Origin: an uncultured Rhodospirillaceae bacterium
Lineage (GTDB): Bacteria; Pseudomonadota; Alphaproteobacteria; UBA9219
DNA: 64,000 bases
Assembly (NCBI GenBank): GCA_964652235.1
Contig: CAZZDK010000009.1
Span: 6,261-70,260, forward strand
Reading direction: 5' to 3'
Shown here: in pieces, positions 22,455-32,155 of the stretch
How the letters are laid out: every line of letters begins with the position of its first letter
Position numbering within the stretch: position 1 is the stretch's first letter
Made by a program: the position numbers and the translations under genes
The notes under the pieces: model-generated
The model's database searches: none
Seen by the model: the letters and a program-made list of their open reading frames with translations, nothing else
What the model was told of the DNA's origin: nothing

Positions 22455-23012
22455 TCATTCCGCTGGCGGCTCCAGCACGTCGTCGGCGGACATCGGCACG
22501 CCGTTTCGAATTTCCTTCGGCGCCAAGGGCGTCGGAACGACGGGCGCAGACGACAAACTTCCCGCTTTCGTAGGAATCGTCGAGGCGCTCTTTTGCGCCT
22601 GCGCGCGCAAAAGCGCCAATTGCTCTTCCGTAATCGGCGCGGAAAAGAACGTCATAACGAAAAACCCGATAAAAAGGACGCCCAAAAACATCAGGAGGCG
22701 CCGCCACCAATTGTTCTTAAAAGGCGACGCGTCCCGCAAAAGGGTTTTTTGAGTCGCCGCATAGGCCTCCTCGGCCTGGCGCCTTTCGTCGAAATGGGCG
22801 ATGGGCGTAAAGACGCCTTGCGGCAGCAAAAGGCCCAACTCCCACTCGCCGTCCTTTTCGCGCAACGTCACGGCGTGGCTGCCCATCTTTTCGAGATCAA
22901 ACTGCCAGACGACAGGGGGGGTGCTCTCCTTGTAAGACGCCACAAGACAGGGCGTCTGATTCCGCCGCACCAACTTGGCCTGAACGCCCGCTTTTCCCGA
23001 AAAACAAAACAT
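22455..23012 (-). CDS. Hypothetical single-TM membrane protein encoded between the DotM-like and DotL-like genes
   Basis: 185 aa. SD AGGGAG 8 nt upstream. One central TM (WWRRLLMFLGVLFIGFFVMTFF). No recognisable motif. Confidence 0.5.
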   Translation of the reverse strand: MFCFSGKAGVQAKLVRRNQTPCLVASYKESTPPVVWQFDLEKMGSHAVTLREKDGEWELGLLLPQGVFTPIAHFDERRQAEEAYAATQKTLLRDASPFKNNWWRRLLMFLGVLFIGFFVMTFFSAPITEEQLALLRAQAQKSASTIPTKAGSLSSAPVVPTPLAPKEIRNGVPMSADDVLEPPAE

Positions 23013-23028
23013 AGCCTATCTCCCTTTC

Positions 23029-24261
23029 CTATGACGCACGCACGTCCTTGCCCGCTCCCGCGAACGGCGGAAGCTCCGGCTGATTGGCCGCAAAATACTG
23101 GTTAAGCGCCACGATCGCCGTCTCAAGCCTTGGAATGGGCAAGGCCTTTCCCGCCGCTTCTTCGGCCATATAATGCGCCATCGCGCCCGCGCCTTCCATG
23201 TGAAAGGAGCGACGCCCCAGATTGTTCAGCGCGTACCACAAAGTCCGATCCGTGCCGCGCAGCCACAAAAACTGAGCGGACGCCAGCACGCCGCCCATAA
23301 ATCTGGCCCAACGCAAAACGCCAAGAAGGGCGGTCGTCCGGTAAGCGTGCTTGGCCGCTATCTCAAGCGCCTTGCCGCCGATTTCCGGGTCTTTGAGAAT
23401 TTTCTGAATCTCGGCCATGATCTCCGCCGTTGGGCGAAAACCCCCTGTTGCCGTCCAGCAGGTGGAAAGCTTGCCCAAAAACTCGTCGCTTTCTTCGCGT
23501 TTTTGCACGCCTTTAAGCGCAAACGCCGCCAGAAGGCCAAGCACATAGGGGGGCAGTCCTTTATAACCGGCCCAGCGCGGACCCAGTTGCGCGAGAAAAG
23601 CCTGTCGCGTGCGGTCCTTGTTGGGAACGCCCCCCTCGACGCCGATTTGATGGGCGGAAACCCACTCTTCGGGCGAAAGAGCTTCGGCGAACAAAGGCAG
23701 CTTTTCCGGGATCAACGAACCGGGTATCCGCGCGCTGTGCTTGGACGGGTTGAAATCCACGATCGGCTGAATCACGGGCCATATCTTCGCCTGGACCTTG
23801 ATAAAGCTTTCCAGATTGTAGCGCGTTTTGAAAGCGTCCTTCTTGAAAACGAAAAGAGCCTTATAAATGACATAGACGGCCACACCCAGAACGATCCACC
23901 GCCAATAATCCATAATATGCCTACTCACGGCGCCGACGCTGGTAGCCGTCAGCGTGTAATATTGCATGGCTTCCGCCGCGGGAAGAGGTCTCAACGTGTT
24001 AACGCCAAAGCAGTTTGCAGCGGCCAGAACCGTGCTATCCGCCGGAACGGTTTTCTCAAGCGGCACGATCCAAAGCCAATGAAAACAAGCCCGCGCTTTT
24101 TGGTCGAAGGGCATAAGCGGCACGATTTCGGCAAGCCGAAGGTACCGCATAAACTCAAGCAGTTGCGGCTCGAAGAAAAACCAAATCAGCCATCCGATCA
24201 AAAGGATAGCGCAGATAAAGATCAGCAGAATCCATGTCGGATCGTCGGTGTTGCCTGCCAT
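23029..24261 (-). CDS. dotM: Inner-membrane T4SS coupling-complex protein, DotM/IcmP (TrbA of IncI)-like
   Basis: 410 aa. N-terminal TM helices followed by ~250-aa alpha-helical cytoplasmic domain, the size and topology I recall for DotM. Position immediately upstream of the DotL-like gene. Confidence 0.5.
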   Translation of the reverse strand: MAGNTDDPTWILLIFICAILLIGWLIWFFFEPQLLEFMRYLRLAEIVPLMPFDQKARACFHWLWIVPLEKTVPADSTVLAAANCFGVNTLRPLPAAEAMQYYTLTATSVGAVSRHIMDYWRWIVLGVAVYVIYKALFVFKKDAFKTRYNLESFIKVQAKIWPVIQPIVDFNPSKHSARIPGSLIPEKLPLFAEALSPEEWVSAHQIGVEGGVPNKDRTRQAFLAQLGPRWAGYKGLPPYVLGLLAAFALKGVQKREESDEFLGKLSTCWTATGGFRPTAEIMAEIQKILKDPEIGGKALEIAAKHAYRTTALLGVLRWARFMGGVLASAQFLWLRGTDRTLWYALNNLGRRSFHMEGAGAMAHYMAEEAAGKALPIPRLETAIVALNQYFAANQPELPPFAGAGKDVRAS

Positions 24262-24390
24262 TTTCGCCCGTTCCTGCTATAGCCCCTAGAGCCCGCTTGG
24301 TTTCGATTCCAAAACGGTCGGGCATTATACGCCTAACAAAGCAGATTTGCCTTACCTTTTTACTTGCCGCAATCTCTTTCTTCGCCGCCG

Positions 24391-27381
24391 TTAACTTTTT
24401 TCCTCGACATCCCGCTGCAAGGACCGGGCATAGGCGATCATTTCTTTGGCCAGCTCGGAAATGACGACGCTGGTCGCGCCGGATTCGATCTCGCCGCGCT
24501 CGGTTCTTTGGACCACCCGGCGACGAATTTCCTGCCGCGCCGAACCGGCCGGGAAGAAATGGGCCAGAATGGACCGCCCTCTGGCAGCGCCAAGTTCTTC
24601 ATAAAGCTTGGTTCTGAGGTCCACATCTTCGGTGGAGGTCGATAAAGCCCAAAGCTCCACGGGGCCGAGCGTGTTAACCAAATGCTGCTCATATCGGCCT
24701 TCATTGGTGCTGAGAAGCAGCAAAACGGGCGCGCCGCTGGGCCGGGGGCCTGTCAAACGGTACCGCATGACCCACCGGGCGGTGTCGGACAGGCCGAAAC
24801 GATCCGCCGTTTCGCTGATGGCCCGGTCGGAAACCGCCGTGCCGCAAATCCACACGCCCGTCGCCAGGTCGATCATGTCGGCGCTGAAATCGTCCAAAAG
24901 CTGCGAGGCCAGAACGATCTGCACGCCCCATTTGCGGCCTTCGCGCACGTCGCGCACGACCTGCGCCCGAACGGCGTTCGTCTTGCTCGTGCGGTGAAAC
25001 TCGTCAAAGCACAAACGCTTCGGGCTTTCCCGAATGTCCTTAAGCCGCCCCTCGTGATAGGGCCTGTATTTTTCGGGCATATGGCGCAGGGAATCCTGCC
25101 CCAGCCACCAGGAGCGGACCAAAACGTGCCGCGCAAGCATATACATGATGGCCGTCTGGCGGTCCGCGATGTCGTCGCCCTGGGGCGCGACGTCCTGCAA
25201 ATCGACGGCGGCGATGTGCGTCTCGCCGATATCGAAGCGCGTCACCGAGGCGAGGATGGGGAACTCGCGCACGGCGGAAGCCAACATACGCTCAAAGGCA
25301 TGAATGACGGACTCGGCCGAAGCGCCGATGGCCGTTTCTTCGAGAAGAGCCCGTATCTGGGGCCTGCGTGCCGCCGTCACCGCGTCCACGAGCGTGGGCA
25401 CCGCGTGGCGCTGGGCCAGCGTGCATTCATGATAGGCGCCCGCATCGTACAGCGCGTCCACGACGTCCCACCAATAAGGATCGACGGGCAGGTGGATGTT
25501 GTAGGTCTTGATCGCCTCATCCACGTCCGGCTCGATGTTCTGCAGATAGGGCCGCGGCTCGGTGTTCGCGCCGCTGTCGTCGCGCCAACGGTACATCTCG
25601 TCCACGCAAAGGCCGACGAGCTGCGTCATGCCGTCATAGGGAACCTTCTGCCCCGGCGAGGTGCAAAGAAGGGTCAAAAGCTCCGTGAGATAGGAGCGCT
25701 CTTCAGGCAAGGGGTAGCGGCAGCCGAGCTGCGTATCGAACGGATTGACGGCATATTCAGGGGTCATGCGCAATTTGAAATGCATGGCCTCGTGGCGACG
25801 GTTAAGAGGCAATGCATCGCGGATCAGAGAGATCAATCCGGACGAAGACGGCCCAATGTCGAGAATGGCGATATAGGGCAGGCGCGCGTTGCCCGCCGAA
25901 AGAACGGTGCCGAGATTGAGGGCGTTCATCAAGACGGATTTGCCCGCGCCCGGCTGCGCGAAAATAAGATCAAACCACGTCGTCGTAAGCGAACTGCCCA
26001 TCTGATAGGGCCAGATGCGCCCGTCGGCGGTGCGGAAAATAACGGGGCCTTCCGCGAAAGGCGAAGAGGCCCTTTGCCAGGGCATAAGCTTCATGACCTC
26101 CTGAAACGGCGCGATGGCAGGCGGCGCGGTTGACGAGCAAGCGATGCCGAGCGAAGCGGACAAAGCGGTCTCGAGAGGATCGCCTCCTGCCGAAGTCGCC
26201 TGGCAATAGCCCCAGGCCTCGACCGCCTGCGTCAGGGCGGCCAAACGCGTTTCCATCAGCCTGCGATCCCGCGCCGGGGCGTAGGTCGAAAGCGAAATGC
26301 GCAGGCGCACGACCGGTTCGCTTTGCGCCAGTTCCTGCAGCGCTTTGAGCGATTCCCGTATCTGGCGATTCACTTCGTTCGTGAAAGCCAAAATCGCCGC
26401 CGTAAAGGCACGGAACATCGCACCCTGCGCGCCCGCGCTTTCGATCAGGAACGAAACGTGGAAAGGAATGTCGCCGTCGATGAGCCGCGCGAGAAGCTGC
26501 GGAAAGGGCGTCGGATCGGCGGGCGCCAGCGTCACGTCCACGCCGCCCCAAAGCAAATCGCCGATCCGCACGATGGTCGGCGAAACCGTTTCCGCATCCG
26601 CCACGCAAAGCTGCCTGCGCAGCGGCGGCCAGAGAACTTCCGAAAGATCCGTTTTCCGGTGCGGCGCGCGCGGCAAAAGGGGATCGCCGGGAACGTTCGC
26701 GCGCCAATCTTTGTTGGCAAGATAGGGGTAGAGGCTGGCCCGCACCGCGGCAAGCGCGCTGTGCACCGATTCCAAAGAAGCCCGGATCGCGACTTCTTCC
26801 AACGCCGCCGTCACCGCCGCGACGAAGCTCTTGTGCCGCGTGCGTAGAGGCTCCAGCGTCAGTTTGGGATTCTGGGCGTCGCTCGCGACGACCCACTTCT
26901 GTTCGCCGCGCAAACGGATCGCTTCCTTCAGGTCGCTTTTGTTCACGGCGCCGGGGCGCGTCCAGAGAACGAAGTAAACCTCTTCGTGCGCCAGATAGCG
27001 GGTCAGGTGTCGCTTTCGTTCTTCAAGCAAATCGCCCAGATCGAGGTCGAGAGCCCGCGCGGCGCTTCGGTTCGATTGCATGGCCCTCGCAAGGTCTTCG
27101 CCCGCCATGGCGGGGTCGCGCATGAAATAAACCTGCATGGCGTAGCCGGGACGGTCGAACCGCGCGCCGAGCTTCATCGTCGCCTGGTCCACGATCCAGC
27201 GATATTCCGCGTCACCGATGATTTGCCGTGCGCCGTGAATGCGAATAAAGGACACCATCGAACCGTCCGCGGCCACAAGCGTCGTATCGTCTTCGGCGGT
27301 CTCCAGCTGAATAAAGGATTCGATGGGCTGCTTGGCGGCCAGAAGAATGGCGGCCAGAACGTTGTCCAGAAGGTTCAGCAT
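24391..27381 (-). CDS. dotO: VirB4-family T4SS ATPase, DotO/IcmB (TraU of IncI)-like; the 27381 start (MLNLLDN) is preferred to the ORF-track start at 27522
   Basis: ~1000 aa, Walker A FAQPGAGKSVLMNAL mid-protein. The size matches what I recall for DotO (~1009 aa) rather than the shorter VirB4/TrbE (~800-850 aa). Adjacent to DotM/DotL-like genes. Confidence 0.55.
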   Translation of the reverse strand: MLNLLDNVLAAILLAAKQPIESFIQLETAEDDTTLVAADGSMVSFIRIHGARQIIGDAEYRWIVDQATMKLGARFDRPGYAMQVYFMRDPAMAGEDLARAMQSNRSAARALDLDLGDLLEERKRHLTRYLAHEEVYFVLWTRPGAVNKSDLKEAIRLRGEQKWVVASDAQNPKLTLEPLRTRHKSFVAAVTAALEEVAIRASLESVHSALAAVRASLYPYLANKDWRANVPGDPLLPRAPHRKTDLSEVLWPPLRRQLCVADAETVSPTIVRIGDLLWGGVDVTLAPADPTPFPQLLARLIDGDIPFHVSFLIESAGAQGAMFRAFTAAILAFTNEVNRQIRESLKALQELAQSEPVVRLRISLSTYAPARDRRLMETRLAALTQAVEAWGYCQATSAGGDPLETALSASLGIACSSTAPPAIAPFQEVMKLMPWQRASSPFAEGPVIFRTADGRIWPYQMGSSLTTTWFDLIFAQPGAGKSVLMNALNLGTVLSAGNARLPYIAILDIGPSSSGLISLIRDALPLNRRHEAMHFKLRMTPEYAVNPFDTQLGCRYPLPEERSYLTELLTLLCTSPGQKVPYDGMTQLVGLCVDEMYRWRDDSGANTEPRPYLQNIEPDVDEAIKTYNIHLPVDPYWWDVVDALYDAGAYHECTLAQRHAVPTLVDAVTAARRPQIRALLEETAIGASAESVIHAFERMLASAVREFPILASVTRFDIGETHIAAVDLQDVAPQGDDIADRQTAIMYMLARHVLVRSWWLGQDSLRHMPEKYRPYHEGRLKDIRESPKRLCFDEFHRTSKTNAVRAQVVRDVREGRKWGVQIVLASQLLDDFSADMIDLATGVWICGTAVSDRAISETADRFGLSDTARWVMRYRLTGPRPSGAPVLLLLSTNEGRYEQHLVNTLGPVELWALSTSTEDVDLRTKLYEELGAARGRSILAHFFPAGSARQEIRRRVVQRTERGEIESGATSVVISELAKEMIAYARSLQRDVEEKS

Positions 27382-27596
27382 GGACGAAAGACCTCCCGGC
27401 GCGAAGGGGGAGACGCAGGGACGGAGGAGAGACCGATTGGAGCCAAACGCCGAAACGCCATGCGGGACACATACCTTGCAAACGGACAACGACAAACGTC
27501 TGCCCAAGGAAGCCTCGGACATCCTTGCTGTTTTAACGGCAAGATTATGAACAATTAACTAACGCAAAAGATTTAGAAAAGCCCTTTCGTTTTCCC

Positions 27597-29189
27597 TTGA
27601 CGCTTTTGCGGGCTTCCCGCTTACTAATTCCCGTTTTCCGGGAAAAGGGGCAAATTTTGGTCGCACGTATAGGCACTTTTGCTTTTGAGGGCACGTCCGT
27701 CCTGCCGATCGACGTTCAGGTTCAAATCTCCTCCGGTCTCGTCGTCTTCAATGTCGTCGGATTGCCGGATAAGGCCGTCGCCGAAAGCCGCGAGCGCGTG
27801 CGCGGCGCCCTTCACGCCCTGGGGCTGTCTCTTCCGGCCAAAAGGATCACCGTTAACCTGGCGCCCGCCGACGTTCTTAAAGAAGGCAGTCACTTTGACC
27901 TTCCCATCGCGCTGGCGATTTTGGCGGCGATGGAGGTCTTGCCGAAAGAAGAAATCCTTCTCTATGCGGCTTTGGGAGAATTGGGGCTGGACGGCGCCCT
28001 TGCGCCCGTCGCGGGCACCTTGCCCGCCGCTGTTTCGGCAAACGAACGAAACTGCGGCCTTATTTGTCCGCTGGCGAACGGGGGCGAGGCCGTTTGGGCG
28101 AGCGAGTCTCTGGACGTGCTGGCCGCTCCTTCTCTTCTTAGCCTTATTAATCACTTCAAGGGGATTCAGGTCCTGCCCCGCCCGATGCCCCGCCTTCAGG
28201 AACAAACCGGTCCGGCCTTTGCCGACCTGCGCGACATCAAGGGCCAGGAAACGGCCAAACGCGCGTTGGAGGTCGTGGCGGCGGGAGGGCACAACCTGCT
28301 GATGATCGGCCCGCCCGGCGCAGGCAAGAGTATGCTGGCCGCGCGGCTTCCCGGCCTTTTGCCGCCCCTTGCCCCGGACGAAGCGCTTGAGGTCTCGATG
28401 ATCCATTCTCTGGCGGGCCTTTTAGAGGACGGCAAACTTTTGCGTCAAAGACCGTTCCGCGACCCCCACCATTCGGCCACGCTCGCCGCTCTGATCGGCG
28501 GAGGCACGCGCGCCAAACCCGGCGAGGTTTCCCTGGCCCATAACGGCGTCTTGTTTTTGGACGAATTGCCGGAGTTCCAGCGCGCGACGCTGGAAGCCCT
28601 GCGCCAGCCGCTCGAGACCGGTCGCGCCGTTGTCTCTCGCGCCAATCACCATGTTTCCTATCCGGCGCGCATTCAGCTTGTCGCGGCCATGAATCCCTGC
28701 CGGTGCGGCCATTTGGCCGATCCTTCCCTCGCCTGCGGGCGGGCGCCCAAATGCGCCGCCGATTATCAATCCCGCATTTCGGGCCCTCTGTTCGACCGTA
28801 TTGATTGCCATGTGGACGTGCCCGCCGTCAGCGCAAGTGATCTTTCCCTCCCGCCGCCAGCCGAAGATTCCGCCGCCGTCGCGGCCCGCGTGGCGCGTGC
28901 GCGCGCCGTTCAGACCGAACGTTACCGCGCCTTGGCGAAGACGAGCGAAAAACCCGTCCGCACCAACGCCGAAGCGGACGGCGAGCTTTTGGAAGCCGTC
29001 GCCCCTCTGGGCGAAACGGCGCGATCCCTTTTGTCGCAAGCGGCGGAAAAAATGAAATTGTCGGCCCGCGGCTATCACCGCGTTTTGCGCGTCGCGCGCA
29101 CGCTTGCCGATCTGGCGGAAAGCGAAACGGTGGAAAAACTTCACGTGGCCGAAGCGTTAAGCTACCGCCGCCTTTCCTTCGGGCGGTGA
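27597..29189 (+). CDS. comM: YifB/ComM-family Mg-chelatase-like AAA+ ATPase
   Basis: N-terminal ChlI-like domain ([11 protein letters not shown]), Walker [15 protein letters not shown]-terminal ComM domain. True start may be an internal TTG/GTG. Confidence 0.85.
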   Translation: MTLLRASRLLIPVFREKGQILVARIGTFAFEGTSVLPIDVQVQISSGLVVFNVVGLPDKAVAESRERVRGALHALGLSLPAKRITVNLAPADVLKEGSHFDLPIALAILAAMEVLPKEEILLYAALGELGLDGALAPVAGTLPAAVSANERNCGLICPLANGGEAVWASESLDVLAAPSLLSLINHFKGIQVLPRPMPRLQEQTGPAFADLRDIKGQETAKRALEVVAAGGHNLLMIGPPGAGKSMLAARLPGLLPPLAPDEALEVSMIHSLAGLLEDGKLLRQRPFRDPHHSATLAALIGGGTRAKPGEVSLAHNGVLFLDELPEFQRATLEALRQPLETGRAVVSRANHHVSYPARIQLVAAMNPCRCGHLADPSLACGRAPKCAADYQSRISGPLFDRIDCHVDVPAVSASDLSLPPPAEDSAAVAARVARARAVQTERYRALAKTSEKPVRTNAEADGELLEAVAPLGETARSLLSQAAEKMKLSARGYHRVLRVARTLADLAESETVEKLHVAEALSYRRLSFGR

Positions 29190-30134
29190 CGATTCGCCGC
29201 TCATTTGCGCGGCGGCGGCTCGGATTTCCTCGGTCGTCACGAGCATATGCGAAATGCCCGCCGTGACGGCGCTGGTCGCCGAGGTCGTCTCCTGCGCGCT
29301 GCGGGCTATTTCCTGCGTCGCCGCGTTTTCCTGATCCAACGCCGATTTGATGGCGACGGTAATCGCGTTGATTTGTCCGATCGTTTCTTCGATTCCCTTG
29401 ACCTGATCTTTCACGTTTTGCGAGGCGACGCGCACATCGTTGATCTGTTTTTCGATCTGCTCCGTCGCCTCGGCGGTCTGTCGGGCCAGCGACTTGACTT
29501 CTCCCGCGACGACGGAAAAGCCCTTGCCGTGTTCGCCCGCCCGCGCGGCCTCGATGGTGGCGTTGAGGGCAAGCAGATTGGTGCGCTCGGCGATCATGCG
29601 TATAAGGCCCACGATCGAAGCGATTTCGTCGCTGCGGGCCGCCAGGGTCGCGACGGCTTCGTCGGCGCCTTTAGCGTTCTTTACCGCGCCGCCCGCGATG
29701 CTCGTCGCCTCGTCCGCTTGGCGACCGATTTCGTGAATGGCGCTGTTCATTTCCTCAATGGCGCTGGCGATGCTGGTCGCGCTTTCCGTCGCGCGCGCCG
29801 CCGAAGAGGTGGAGGCTGTGGCGCGGCGCTGATGGTCTTCCGCGAGAGCTTGAAGTTTTTTGGCCTGCGCCGCTAGCTTTTGCCAGACGTCTTCACGGTC
29901 CTGAGGGCCTGTCTTATCCGGCTCTTTCGTTTCTTCGGGCCGGACGGCGGGTTCGCGGCCCAAAGGCCTCGATAGGACCGCGCTCACCGCCAGGCTGCCT
30001 AAAACGAGAAAGGCCGCCAAAAAAGCGACGGCCCTGCCGTCCGGCGCGACGCGCCAGGCCCAAAGGCCCAAGGGCGCAACAGCCCCCAGCAGAAAAGAAG
30101 CGGTGATCGCCTTTCTTATCGAAGGATCCGTCAT
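29157..30134 (-). CDS. Methyl-accepting chemotaxis protein (short, two N-terminal TM, no ligand-binding domain)
   Basis: MCP signalling-domain motifs [32 protein letters not shown]. Confidence 0.8.
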   Translation of the reverse strand: MTDPSIRKAITASFLLGAVAPLGLWAWRVAPDGRAVAFLAAFLVLGSLAVSAVLSRPLGREPAVRPEETKEPDKTGPQDREDVWQKLAAQAKKLQALAEDHQRRATASTSSAARATESATSIASAIEEMNSAIHEIGRQADEATSIAGGAVKNAKGADEAVATLAARSDEIASIVGLIRMIAERTNLLALNATIEAARAGEHGKGFSVVAGEVKSLARQTAEATEQIEKQINDVRVASQNVKDQVKGIEETIGQINAITVAIKSALDQENAATQEIARSAQETTSATSAVTAGISHMLVTTEEIRAAAAQMSGESSPPEGKAAVA

Positions 30135-30311
30135 GTTTTTTCTCGCAAGCGGTTTGCGAAACTATGGCAACCTAAGATTTAATTTTCTTCTAACAAAGCG
30201 CAAAAACAAATGGTTACGCCTGTGTTCCGCCGCTGCCTCCTCTCCATTAATCCAGTCTTAAAGATCGGTTCGATAAAGTGGGGTCGGCTCAAATAGACAA
30301 AGGGTCTTCGC

Positions 30312-30728
30312 GTGGCTTTTCTGGATTGGAGCGACGAACTTTCCGTCGATTACCGCCTGCTGGATTCGGACCACAAGCGGTTGATCGACATTATCAACAA
30401 ATTGCACGACTCCAGCCAAAACAGCGCGGATCGAACCGCCGTTCTGACTCTTTTCGGTGAATTGATAAGTTATACGCGCACGCATTTCGTCCACGAAGAG
30501 ACCCTGATGCGCAAAACGGCTTATCCGCAATTCATCCCGCACAAAATCGCGCATGACCGCCTGATTTCCCAGATCGAAGATTTAAGCAAAAGATACGCGG
30601 CGGGGCAGATCGGCCTTTCCCAGGACACCATCGTTTATATCCGCACCTGGCTGTGCGACCATATTGTGGAGGTGGATCGGCTGCTGGGCGCCTGGCTGAA
30701 CAAATACGCGCCGCTCAACCCGGAATAG
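30312..30728 (+). CDS. Bacteriohemerythrin
   Basis: HF(x)EE and H(x3)H(x)D iron ligands: DSDHKRLIDI..HFVHEE..IAHD. 138 aa. Confidence 0.8.
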   Translation: MAFLDWSDELSVDYRLLDSDHKRLIDIINKLHDSSQNSADRTAVLTLFGELISYTRTHFVHEETLMRKTAYPQFIPHKIAHDRLISQIEDLSKRYAAGQIGLSQDTIVYIRTWLCDHIVEVDRLLGAWLNKYAPLNPE

Positions 30729-31266
30729 AGCCTTTTTCTTTGAGAAAAAGTTCTTCCTCCGGCGTGTTCGCGCGGCCCAGGACCGCGTTGCGGTGGGGAA
30801 ACCGCCCGAATCGCTCTATTGTCTCCAGCCGCCAAGCGGCGCGCGCGATCCATTCCGGATCTTTCATCCTTTCGCGGATGTAAAAGAGGGCAAGCCTTTG
30901 CTCGCCGATCCGTTCGGCGTGAAGAAACGGGAGATAGAAAAACAATTTGAAATTCTTGTCGATCCGGTCGTCGAAATGGCGAACAACGGCCTGCCGCGCC
31001 GTCTCCAGCGCCAGATCGTCCGTGGCGTAGGCCCGCGAGGTCCCCCGGAACATCCGGCGGGGGAAGGGGTCGAGCAGAAGCAGCAAGGCCAAAACGCCTT
31101 CAGGCGTTTCCTCCCAGGCCCAAAGCTCCTCCAGCGCCGCGCGTTCGTGCGTGGCAAGATAGCGGTCCCGGATGGTTTGGTCGAGCGCCGGATCGGGCGC
31201 GAACCAGCGTTCAGGCCCGACTTCGTAAAACCAGAAATTTTGAATGTCTTCGGGGTCCGTAATCAT
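30715..31266 (-). CDS. DUF924-family protein
   Basis: FWFYEVGPERWF N-terminus typical of DUF924. 183 aa. Confidence 0.7.
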   Translation of the reverse strand: MITDPEDIQNFWFYEVGPERWFAPDPALDQTIRDRYLATHERAALEELWAWEETPEGVLALLLLLDPFPRRMFRGTSRAYATDDLALETARQAVVRHFDDRIDKNFKLFFYLPFLHAERIGEQRLALFYIRERMKDPEWIARAAWRLETIERFGRFPHRNAVLGRANTPEEELFLKEKGSIPG

Positions 31267-31302
31267 GGAGCCGAAGTTTAGAGGCGGATGCTTACCGAAT
31301 CC

Positions 31303-31494
31303 TTACTTACGAAGATCAAGGCGTTGGGGGGAGGGACGCTTCACACCGAAAGAACGGGGGCCGACATAGACGATCGACTTCAGTCTTTCCCTTTCGCCTT
31401 CCGCGCAAAGGGGGTTTTGCCCGACCGTGAAAGCCATTTCTTCCCAAAGATCGCCGACACCAAGAGCTCTTGTCGTGTGTTCATCCAATTCCAT
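31303..31494 (-). CDS. Hypothetical small protein (start MELDEH with strong SD AAGGAGAG)
   Basis: ORF with good RBS spacing. No motif. Speculative. Confidence 0.3.
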   Translation of the reverse strand: MELDEHTTRALGVGDLWEEMAFTVGQNPLCAEGERERLKSIVYVGPRSFGVKRPSPQRLDLRK

Positions 31495-31576
31495 CTTTTC
31501 TCTCCTTAAAAATGCCAATCCTTTGCTTTTTTTATCTTTTTTGGCTTCAAACGACAAGATTTTCTGAATACTTTCC

Positions 31577-32155
31577 TTATTTCGTCGCCCAAGTCCTTAT
31601 ATTTCCTAAATCAACGTGAACATGGTTACTGCTGGGATAAAAGGAAACGCCCCCGCGTTGCATGGTCTTGGCAATTTCGGCGATGGCCTTGCCGTTCACG
31701 CCCGCGATGCGAAAATCAACGGCCCAGCCATGCAGATGAAAACTGTTTTTCGCCGCCTGTCCGCCGTTTGCGCGAAGCGAAGCGTTCGATTCCGGCGAGC
31801 GGTAGCCGGAGAGAATCTCGAAAACCACGCCGGAAGGCAGGCCAAGCCGCCGCCTTATATCCACCATATAATCAATCAGTTCCGGATCAATTTTCCCGAC
31901 CTCTCCCGTGCGACGATCCCGAAAAAGCTTTTCGATTTTTTTCATGGCCGCCGGATCGTAGCGCCCGTTCGCGTAATAGGTCAGGTCCAGCCGTTCGCCG
32001 CTGGGCGGATGAGAAAGAACGATCCGCCGTTCTGGCACGTCGTCGGGACGCGTTTTTTCGCCGCCATATTGCTTGACAAGCTTTCCCGCCATACCGGACG
32101 AACCGCACCCGGCCAGGAAAAAGGCCGCGCACAGGAAAAGAAGAGCTCGTTTCAT
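31577..32155 (-). CDS. DUF882/YcbK-family lipoprotein (peptidase M15A-like)
   Basis: Lipobox LAGC. Zn-ligand motifs FHLHGWAVDF and HVHVD. Confidence 0.75.
   Translation of the reverse strand: MKRALLFLCAAFFLAGCGSSGMAGKLVKQYGGEKTRPDDVPERRIVLSHPPSGERLDLTYYANGRYDPAAMKKIEKLFRDRRTGEVGKIDPELIDYMVDIRRRLGLPSGVVFEILSGYRSPESNASLRANGGQAAKNSFHLHGWAVDFRIAGVNGKAIAEIAKTMQRGGVSFYPSSNHVHVDLGNIRTWATK

Noticed and set aside
24682-26133. 483-aa plus-strand ORF and 308-aa minus-strand out-of-frame ORF inside the DotO-like gene
   Set aside because: Antisense or alternate-frame artefacts typical of high-GC DNA.
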